From NCBI GenBank assembly GCA_000388065.2, contig KB932209.1: a stretch of 18,637 bases of DNA; one strand, written 5' to 3'. The first letter of the stretch is position 1. The number at the start of each line of letters is the position of its first letter. Shown piece after piece: positions 10,087-18,637 of the stretch. Under the pieces are notes generated by a model. That model was not told where the DNA came from. It saw nothing but the letters and a program-made list of their open reading frames with translations, and did no database searches. The stretch comes from Fonticula alba ATCC 38817 (Eukaryota > Protista > Nucleariida). Both the position numbers and the translations under genes were made by a program.

Positions 10087-13000
10087 ACTCCGACCATCCT
10101 TTCCTCGCCCCTCCCCCCCCCTTTTTTTTGGCTTGATCGCAAGAAGAGGGGCGCCAAAGCCCGTTCCCTGCCATTGTAGTAGACAATATGACACCATAAC
10201 CATGCTTTCCCTTGATCACGGCCGTCAAAGGGAGAGGCTAACCACCCAATCCCAGCTGGGTCTGGCAAAGATGCGGCGCATTCGCTTGCTTGTATGCTTG
10301 AGACTCGCGCGATGGGGAGGGGCATTTTTGGGTGTTTCCCGACAGCTACCTGTCTCCCAATGGAAGTGCGAACGTCGCTCCCATTGACGATGGGCAGCGT
10401 GGCGATATGCTGGCAGTGTGGGCATAGGAGGAAGAAAGGGTGGACGAGGCCACACGGATGGCCATCCCTTCGGAGTCTCTTGCCGTGGGGACAGGGCCCG
10501 GGGAAAGGGGCCAGAGAGCCCAAAGCACCGGGCCTTCCTCTTGCGATGAGATCTGTCTCGGTCTCCGTGGGCGTGGCCAGGTCTGATGGGTGACTTCCCT
10601 TGGTTCGACTCGCTTACATGAGTAGTGATGCTATCTCCCCGAGCAGTAGGCTGTGCGGCTTTCACTTTCGGAGGGAGGTCCTTCGGTTCGTGCACACTCG
10701 AAAGATAGACACAGGCTTCTCAGACGGGCGGGAATCGGTTTGCATCAACGCCGGGCCCGTCCGGGCGCGAGGATGTCGCTGTAGCCTGGCTTGAGTCCGG
10801 CGAAGAATGCGCGATCGAGAGGGCCGGGATTTGGGTTTGGCGTCTGCATGGCAGGAAACTCTCGGGGATTGCATCCCACTGGCGGAGATGAGGGGCGGGG
10901 GGGGGGGGGAGCTCGAGGGTGCTGAGGCTCAATCTAGCATGGCGACCAGAGGAGTATGCTGTTCGTCGGGGCCGGCTACCGATGGGCATCGACGGTCCAA
11001 CATGGCAATCACCATGGCAGGCCCGTATCCGGTTCTTGGTGATACCCGCAGCGCTGAGGGACTCCTGGCCCGAGGATATGCACCGATGGGGCGAATGCAG
11101 CATGATAATGAGAAGATGGCAGGATTCTTTATTTCTCGGCCAACATGACAAGCACAACACAAGCGCACAGCCTTTGGCCGAGGATCCAAGTTGACAGGTG
11201 AACTTTTCTGGAGCTACCAAGGAGTCGGAGGTGGCACATGGCCCGCGAAGAGGATCGTGGGCCTCGCCCTGGCGGACTGGGATCTGGTCGAGCGAGAAGG
11301 AACCAGCCATCTCCTCGGTATATAGCGAAGCCGGGCATGCGGGACCACCCTCCTGACAAGCCTGCTCATGAGCGGGCCCCCAGCCTCAGGCGGAAGGAGG
11401 CCCAGAGCACCTGAGACACCAGCCGACCTCGACACCGCTACGATGTCGCAGAGGCCACACCACAGCGTGGCAGGACAATGCCATGACCGGCTGAGAGCCA
11501 GGATCATGGGGCCAATGCAGAGGAGTATCGATTGGGGGAACCTTGGTCCTGCAGAGAGAGACCTCCTACTTGCTGAACGACCAATTTTATATCCCCGCTC
11601 GCTGATGGCGAGAAGATCTGCGCTCATGGAAGGAAAGGGGCCCCTCTTCGACTGGCAGCGCAGTTATGGCAGCCAGTGAAAGCACGGGCCAGCTCGAGTC
11701 GATCCGGTGATGATGGGCAGGAAGATTGCCTGGATTCGCTCGTAGCATAGACCACCCGGCGATGAGAAGGCTCCCGATTTGGGCCGCTCGTCGGGCCATA
11801 CGAGCCCATCATGTATCGCGGCCACCAGGGGCTTCCGGCTGGGGGAGGCCTGCCTACAGGTAGCCTCGGCACAGGATATCTCGGCGACGGCCTCCCCACA
11901 CTTGATCCGGGGGGATGACACCGGGAAAGCGCGGCGGAAGATGGGTTGTCTCATGTCTCCAGCACTTCGGTTGGACAGTTCATCCCTGCTTCCTCGTCCT
12001 CCCGCTCTCAATCCCCCTCCCAGCCGACACAATACCCGGATTGAGACAGGATCCCACGAGAAAGAGGTCCTGAGGGGGGAGCTGTTTTGTAGCGGGAACT
12101 TTCCAAGGCTGCCAGGCAACACGGACACCTTCTCGCGGGGGGAGAACAGCCGAGCTTCCATGAGAGGGGCTAGATAGAGGCAGTGCAGGAGCGCGCTTCG
12201 CGGGAAGATACACCAGAGCTCACTTTACCGCAACCACCGTGCATCCACCCAGGAAGCATGACACCAGGGGCAGGGCGCTTCCCCTCCCCATTCCCAGGAG
12301 CAAATACAGGAAAGGGCCTGGCGGGGCATCGGCCGATCTCGCGATCGGCCCTCGAGGGCGGAAAGGGGCAAGGAGGCGGACGACCACGAGGAGCCAGAGA
12401 ATGTCCAAGGGCAGGGAGCAGAGGGCCTCCCGAGAGGATCGCAGGGCGCGCGGCTTTCAACGAGGCTTATTCGAGCCCGAGCGAGCACCCGGGCATCGAT
12501 GGGAAGGGAGGGCATCAATCTCGGGGAGCACCAAGAAGCCGCCGCGCCCGCCTCGCGAAAGGGCCTGGGGGAGGGGCCCGCCCCGCGCCGGGGTCGGGCG
12601 TATTTGCTTGTTCACCGCCACCACCCTCCCCCCCCCAGCCTTCGGAGAATATTCCCCGTCATCGGAGGGAGGCACGGGGTCGGCACCCAACTATCCACGG
12701 ACTCCGGGCCCTGGGCGCCTGCTCCGGCGCAGGGGGCTCGCCTTGGCCAAGCTACCACCAACCGGCCATGCCTGGCGCGTGACCAAAAACCAGGAGTACG
12801 TGTGACGAACCTCGATGGGCCCTCGCTGGGGCATTGCCAATGACCACGGGCACGTGCAATGGCAGCGCACTTTCCTGATCGCGTGAAGGGGGCCGAAATC
12901 TGAAAATTGGAAGGTCGATTGTGGCACTCCACCGCCGGACCATCCGGCAAGTCGTGTCCCCCCGGTCAGGTCAAGCACCGGGCGTGCCGGGGCGCACGCG

Positions 13001-13221
13001 GTGCCACCGCCCCCCGCTCCGCCCGACGCGTGCGGGCGGTGTCGTCGCTCCTTCTACCCTACCCCATTCGCTACCATCACTGCCAAGGCCGTCCGCTTGG
13101 AAAGCCTCGCGGCAAATGGCAAACCGCCATGCTTGGGCCATGTACACGTCGCTGGACCTGTGTCGCATCTGCCTAGACCGGCTGGAACAGTTACAAGCCC
13201 CCGCTCGTACTACCCGAACCG

Positions 13222-13250
13222 CAGGTGCGTGCACACTCGGCACGCACCTG
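13222..13250. repeat. Perfect 11-bp inverted repeat with 7-nt loop
   Basis: CAGGTGCGTGC-ACACTCG-GCACGCACCTG. Confidence 0.95.
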
Positions 13251-14059
13251 TTTCCAGGCAAGCGGGAGAGTGATCCACTTTAGGAGTCGGCGGGGCGCGG
13301 AAACGACGACTGACCCCGCGAGTCATCGTCCCCCCCAGGGCGCAGGACGCCCTCGGAGGCGGGACAAGGAGGCAATCGCAAACACCCGAAGCGGCGGCTT
13401 TCCTCAACCCAATCTGTGCGGAGGCCCCGAAAGACATGACCCTCCTCCCGCGCGCACCTGGGGAGGACAGCGAAAATGGCCCCCCCGGGGCATGAGGGCG
13501 GCGTATATGACACACAACATACACACACACACACATGTGCGAAGTCCCTGCCCCCCCCCCCCCCTCCCTGAGACCCCTCCTCGAGACCCGAGGCACGCCG
13601 GAGAGCCGGACACATAGAGCCGTGGTGAAGTGCTTATATTGTCTTCCTACAAGAAGGAGCATGGACAGGCACGCCAATGCACCCCCCCCCCCCCTCTCAA
13701 GCACGGAGGAGAGAGCCGTCACCGCGTGGCAACACCTCTTTTGGACTCCAACATGCTTGCATAGCGCCACCATCATGCACAGCGATGCTATGCCGAGGGG
13801 GGGTGGGGGGGGGGAAGGAGAGTGCGCCTCTCGAAGCACCGGCCATCCTGTGCCACCGCCGCCTGCGGGTGCAGGGATACACACGCCACATGTGCGCGCG
13901 CGAGCCTATGCACATCCCAAAAATGGGGGCGCAGTTGGGGCGCGTAGATGTACACATGCTTGTGCATATCCCTCCTCGCTGCCGCACAAGCGGAGGGGCG
14001 CGCGGGCGGCGGCGGGGCGGAAGAAGGGTGGAGAAGCAGCAAGCAGCGGGCGAAGGCGC

Positions 14060-17000
14060 TTACTTGAAGATCTTGCCCTCGTTGAACTTCTTGTTGGTGA
14101 TGGAGGCGAAGCTGCAGCCCTCAATGGAGTCGTCCCAGGTGAGGAAGGCGTTGACGAGGGCCTTGGTCTCGTCGTTGATCTCAAGCTTCTTGAGGACGTA
14201 CGACTCGAAATCCGGGGCATCAGACAGCTCGAAGGGGATCTCCTGACCACGGACGAGGTAGATGGCGAAGAGCTCGGAGTCGTTGTCCTCGCCGAAGATG
14301 ACGAAGGAGCCGAAGGCATACTTGCGAGCGCGCTCAGAGCGCTGGAACAGACCGTTGATCAGGTTGCAGGTCATGAAGGTCTGCTTGAGGAGGTGGTTGT
14401 CCATGTAGCTGGCGAGCCACAGGGAGTAGCCCTCAAGGTCGACGTTGTCCCAGAAGTACTTGATGGAGTCGACCTCGGAGTTGTTGGAGTAGAAGCGCTT
14501 CCAGTTGTCCAGGACGAAGGACGAGGGGGGGAGCAGATCCAGGGGGTTCTTCTCCTTGCCGTCGGCGGCGGNNNNNNNNNNNNNNNNNNNNNNNNNNNNN
14601 NNNNNNNNNNNNNNNNNNNNNNNNNNNNNNNNNNNNNNNNNNNNNNNNNNNNNNNNNNNNNNNNNNNNNNNNNNNNNNNNNNNNNNNNNNNNNNNNNNNN
14701 NNNNNNNNNNNNNNNNNNNNNNNNNNNNNNNNNNNNNNNNNNNNNNNNNNNNNNNNNNNNNNNNNNNNNNNNNNNNNNNNNNNNNNNNNNNNNNNNNNNN
14801 NNNNNNNNNNNNNNNNNNNNNNNNNNNNNNNNNNNNNNNNNNNNNNNNNNNNNNNNNNNNNNNNNNNNNNNNNNNNNNNNNNNNNNNNNNNNNNNNNNNN
14901 NNNNNNNNNNNNNNNNNNNNNNNNNNNNNNNNNNNNNNNNNNNNNNNNNNNNNNNNNNNNNNNNNNNNNNNNNNNNNNNNNNNNNNNNNNNNNNNNNNNN
15001 NNNNNNNNNNNNNNNNNNNNNNNNNNNNNNNNNNNNNNNNNNNNNNNNNNNNNNNNNNNNNNNNNNNNNNNNNNNNNNNNNNNNNNNNNNNNNNNNNNNN
15101 NNNNNNNNNNNNNNNNNNNNNNNNNNNNNNNNNNNNNNNNNNNNNNNNNNNNNNNNNNNNNNNNNNNNNNNNNNNNNNNNNNNNNNNNNNNNNNNNNNNN
15201 NNNNNNNNNNNNNNNNNNNNNNNNNNNNNNNNNNNNNNNNNNNNNNNNNNNNNNNNNNNNNNNNNNNNNNNNNNNNNNNNNNNNNNNNNNNNNNNNNNNN
15301 NNNNNNNNNNNNNNNNNNNNNNNNNNNNGGACAACCACCTCCTCAAGCAGACCTTCATGACCTGCAACCTGGGGGGCGGCGTCTCCACCGTCACTCCCCC
15401 CCCCCCCCCCCCCCCCCCCCCCCGTCACCGTGCCCCGGGTCGCCGGCTGGCTTCTTGCGAGGAGGCTACCGACCCTGGACTGGACAGGGGGAGTGTGTCG
15501 TACACGCGCGCACACACACACACACACACACCATCGACCGCTGACGGGTTGCATTCTGCCTTGTGCATGCTTGCCGTGTTCGCCACTTGCCAGCAAGGCC
15601 CCTGGGGGGGGGGGGAGAGAAAGGTGGGCTGACTGGGAGGGGCGGGCTCGCAGGCACCCCACCGACGTGCACGCCCGAACATTCCCCCTCGCGCGCCAGG
15701 GCCGAACTGGGGTGGGCGCCACAAACATCGAAGGGCCGATACTGGGCCTAGGCGCACAAAGGCCCCTTGGTCCGGGGTCCGAGCGCGGACCCATGAATCA
15801 GCCTGGTTGCATAGGCGCGAGATGGCCTGAAGCGATATTTCGAGAAAAAACGCGCACGCGCCGGGGGAGGGAGAATAATGCGCCATAGAAAGGTGCTCCC
15901 CGCCGGGCCCGATGCCCCTGAGAACAACGAAGCGAACAAGTTTCAACTGGTGCCCCCCCCCCTCCCGTGGGGCGAGCAGGGGGGGGGGGAGGGGGGAAGA
16001 CACGGCCCCAGCACGTCGCCTAAGACAGATTGATGCCTGGGCCCTTGACGCCTCGGTCTGCGGCGGGGACAGATGGCAGACAAGTCGCGAGAGGCGGCAA
16101 TAAGAGAAAGGAATAGAGGGGCCGCCTCTGGGGGGCCGGGGCCGGGGCCGGGGTCGGCCCGGGGGGGGGGGGCACCAGGAAAAAAGAGAGGCATATGCGC
16201 GAGGTTACGCGAGACGGAAAAGCGAAAAGCAGCCGGCCCCGGGACAAGCAGGCAGCCCCCTGGAACCCCCATTGCCAGGGAGGCCGGGAAGAAAGAGGGG
16301 CCCAAGGAGCACCCCCAAAAGCGCTGACACACACACACACACACACAACACCCACACACAGCACAGATGCATGCACCTGGCGAGGGCTAGCACCCCCATC
16401 CTTCCTGGGCAATGTGCACAGCCGGGCCAGCCAACGATGGGCCGGTTCCCTTCGTCGGCCCTGGGGGGATACACGAAAAAATACTCAGCGGCGGGATATT
16501 CCAAGCCGGCCGCCTGAGGAGGGTCTCGTGGGCACCTGAGGGCTCCTGTCCGTGATGACCATGAGCGGTGTGGTGTGGAAATGTCGTTTTGAATTCTGCA
16601 AATATGTTGAATTCCATTCAAAAAGATCGGACACGCGGGACTCGCCGATCGGGGAGGGTCATCCGCGTCCCTCAGGTTCGTCGGTGGGGCAAAGGGACAC
16701 GCGGGGCGCAGGATGCCCGCCCGGCTGGCAGCGCGCCACCTGTGCCCTCTGCCCTGTGGTTGCTGGGGCGGGGGGCCAGGGTATGCCCGACAAAAAACCC
16801 ACACCAGGCAGTGGTGCCGGGGCTACTCTGCGCAGGGGAGAGGCAGGGGCATCCCGGCCCTCGGCTGGCCGCTGGTCGGCCAAGAGGGTTCCCCTTGGGT
16901 GGTGGGCCAGGAGGCGAAGGGCCTGAAGCAAGTCGGGTTATCTCTTTCTATTTCGGATATTTATATTTTTCCATATATACCCTTGTCTTTCAGGCGAGCG

Positions 17001-18516
17001 GGTCCCTCGATGGGGGCCGGACAAGCCTTGTGCAGCAGACACACATGCTGGCCCGTTGCTTGGGGTCCCCGCCTCCCCCTGCCAGTGTGTCACTCCTGGC
17101 GCGCGTGCATGTGGGGCTTGGCGCGGGTGGGCGGGGGTGAATGCGCGGAGCCGGAGCCCGGGATACGCGAGGGGCCCGCAGCCTGTCGAACCCCTGGGCG
17201 CACGAGGTGCGGGCACCCCCGCACGCGTGTGTGCGTGCGCCGGTCTGCCAGCCGGGGATGTGTAGGTGGGCCTGGCCGTGCGCGCCCCCTCGCCAGGCTG
17301 GCTTGATTGGGTGGGTGCCACACACACACACACACAGACACCCGGGCCCCGGAAAGCGTGGTCATTTCCCCATGTACCTGTTGGTGCGGCTCTTTTCTGC
17401 CCACCGACCTCCGGCGGCAGGTTTTCTGCCCGCGGTCGGACGTCCACCCGCATGTCCGGGACCGTAGGCTGTGGCTGTGTTGCACCCGCCGCACCTGCGA
17501 CCGAGAAGTGACGGGGGGGGGGGGNNNNNNNNNNGCAACGTTGGGCTGGTTGAGGATGGTGTTGAACCAGCGGTTGAGGTTGACGAAGGGAGCGCGGGTG
17601 ATGGTGTCGAGGTACTGTGAAGGAGGGGAGGGGGCATTTCGGAGGGGGAGGATGGAAAGCGTGTCAGAGAGGGAAGAGTGTACAAAAGAGAGAGGGGGGG
17701 CGGGGAGGGAGGGGAGGAGGGAGGTGGGAAGGCGGGAGAGATGTAGGCAGGTTTCTTAAACACAAGGCCGATTGACTCAGACTTGGCCTCAAACGGCTAC
17801 CACATTGCTGTCGCAAGTCTCAGGAAAAACCGCCGCAGTGGAAAGGCTCACGATGGTTTTGCAATAAATACTTGCATATGTGTGTGTGTGTGCGAGGGGG
17901 GATGTAGAGAGACAGAGAGAGGGAGGGGGGGGTAATGGGTGGCGAGGAAGGAGAGCAGAGGCTGTGCTGCCTCCCCTGGCTCCGGGAAACGCACCATCTT
18001 GTACAGGGGCAGCAGAGTGCAGAACAGGACAATATCGGCAAGGGTGACCTGCTCGGAGGCGAGGTAGGTGCGGGTGGTGAGCCACTTCTCGAGGGCGTTG
18101 AGGGAGCGGCGCAGACCGGAGGCAGCGGCGTTGTGGGCGTCCTTGTCGTAGGCGCGGATGCCGAAGATCGGGTACAGGAGAGTGGCGAGGTGGCCGACGA
18201 TCTCGTTGTCAGCGAAGGACATGAAGGTCTGGACGAGGCCCTTCTCGTAGGCGGTGGCACCGAGCAGGCCGACGGACTCGTCCTGGGCGGCCAGGTAGAA
18301 GGCAATGGCGTTGGACTCGAAGAGGGGCTTGCCGCAGGGGGTCTTGAAGACGGGCATCTTGGCCATGGGGAAGAGCTCCTTCATCTCGTCGGTCTGCAGA
18401 TCAGCAGGGAAGTTGAAGGCAGGCTGGTCGACGGTCTTGCCGACATACTTGGCCGCGATCAGGGCCTTGAGGGCGCGGGGGTTGGCGGCGGAAGAGTACA
18501 GGGTACCGGCAGACAT
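14060..18516 (-). CDS. EEF1G: Elongation factor 1-gamma (eEF1B-gamma), gapped model
   Basis: Exon 1 is 18516-17995 (GST-like domain, FESNAIAFYLA, TRTYLASEQVTLADI; donor GTGCGT). Exon 2 runs from 17614 to the gap at 17535 (YLDTITRAPFVNLNRWFNTILNQPNV). The C-terminal domain is 14571-14060 (NPLDLLPPSSFVLDNWKRFYSN...TFMTCNLINGLFQR...FNEGKIFK*). The Lys/Ala-rich linker is not visible and presumably lies in a gap. Confidence 0.96.
14572..15329. other. Assembly gap (758 N) inside EEF1G
   Basis: Run of N. Confidence 1.
15330..15371 (+). repeat. Exact 42-nt inverted copy of EEF1G coding sequence
   Basis: GACAACCACCTCCTCAAGCAGACCTTCATGACCTGCAACCTG is the exact reverse complement of 14360-14401 and directly abuts the gap. 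Confidence 0.97.
15511..15531 (+). repeat. (CA)10 microsatellite
   Basis: Direct reading. Similar CA/TG runs lie at 13521-13535, 16327-16347, 17319-17336 and 17878-17892. Confidence 0.95.
17525..17534. other. Assembly gap (10 N) truncating EEF1G exon 2
   Basis: Run of N; the true size is unknown. Confidence 1.
17739..17877 (-). ncRNA. Intronic box H/ACA snoRNA, probably SNORA9/snR43-like
   Basis: Hairpin 1 has lower stem UGCAAGU (17876-17870)/ACUUGCG (17818-17812) and upper stem AAAACC/GGUUUU. The H box ACAGCA (ANANNA) is at 17811-17806. Hairpin 2 has lower stem GGUAG/CUGCC and upper stem UGAGGCC/GGCCUUG. The ACA box is at 17744-17742. Pocket 1 (UUGC and UCCUGAG, starting 14 nt before the H box) is complementary to LSU rRNA CUCAGGA-U-A-GCA. 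The RNA lies sense-oriented in EEF1G intron 1. Confidence 0.85.
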
Positions 18517-18625
18517 GGTGGCAGAGGAGGAGGCGATTGGGACGATAATACGACAAACACGACTAACACACTTCTCGGAGGCCGAGCGCGCGGGCGGCGC
18601 TGGAGCCGGAGCGGCGCCTTTTATC
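18517..18625 (-). promoter_or_regulatory. EEF1G 5' region: TATA-like GATAAAAG and GCCACC Kozak context
   Basis: On the minus strand GATAAAAG lies at 18625-18618 and GCCACC at 18522-18517, directly before the ATG. The TATA role is unproven. Confidence 0.4.
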
Positions 18626-18637
18626 CCCCCCCCCCCC

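Noticed and set aside
8599-10203. Long antisense ORFs (8599-10203, 7289-8374, 13535-15544 and others)
   Set aside because: They are shadows of GC3-rich coding strands or run through N gaps, and they carry no recognisable motifs.
10602-10610. tRNA T-loop-like GGTTCGACT
   Set aside because: The flanks do not form a T stem, and there is no acceptor stem or D arm.
11030-11148. LVIPAALRDSWPEDMH, resembling a Ty3/gypsy integrase zinc-binding segment
   Set aside because: I found no complete HHCC motif, no DDE core, no RT or RNase H motifs and no LTRs nearby.
11387-11403. CAGGCGGAAGGAGGCCC, resembling SRP RNA helix 8
   Set aside because: It lacks the conserved AGCAG and any Alu or helix 6 context.
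12802-12878. GTGACGA...CTGA pair spaced like a C/D snoRNA; also lone GTGATGA at 11707 and 16552
   Set aside because: There is no terminal stem and no rRNA complementarity I could recognise, and the lone C boxes have no D box at a suitable distance.
13140-13224. CRICLD, resembling the start of a RING-variant domain
   Set aside because: The remaining Cys/His ligands are absent from the plausible downstream frames.
16132-16155. (GGGGCC)3 G-quadruplex-prone repeat
   Set aside because: Three units are unremarkable in a genome this rich in G/C runs.
16587-16671. Two plus-strand hairpins separated by AAAAGA (H-box-like)
   Set aside because: No ACA box follows the second hairpin, and the putative H box overlaps the first stem.
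1-18637. CRISPR array, rRNA, spliceosomal snRNA or intact transposase/RT gene
   Set aside because: I saw no repeat-spacer periodicity and no diagnostic motifs. All repeats are microsatellites or coding low complexity.

Overview
This is a GC-rich, intron-containing eukaryotic draft-assembly window with three N gaps. Its composition, short introns and CA/GA microsatellites suggest an opisthokont protist such as Fonticula, but that is inference only. Five spliced housekeeping genes can be rebuilt with frame-consistent GT-AG introns: a long, divergent PP2A activator PTPA (-), a SREK1IP1/CXIP4-like zinc-knuckle RS protein (-), an SLC25 mitochondrial carrier (+), RIX1/PELP1 (+) and eEF1B-gamma (-, broken by gaps). 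The best hidden element is a box H/ACA snoRNA in eEF1B-gamma intron 1 (about 17739-17877, -). Its first pocket fits the conserved LSU site CUCAGGA-psi-AGC (yeast snR43 / vertebrate SNORA9 target), and its second pocket may have been retargeted to a different LSU site. None of the nine modelled 5' splice sites has A at +4, and GTGCGT dominates. A 42-nt inverted copy of eEF1B-gamma coding sequence and a 2.15-kb inter-gap segment look mis-scaffolded or rearranged. About 3.4 kb between RIX1 and eEF1B-gamma is unexplained. I found no supportable CRISPR array, tRNA, rRNA or intact mobile element. rRNA and reference protein comparisons are from memory and need checking.
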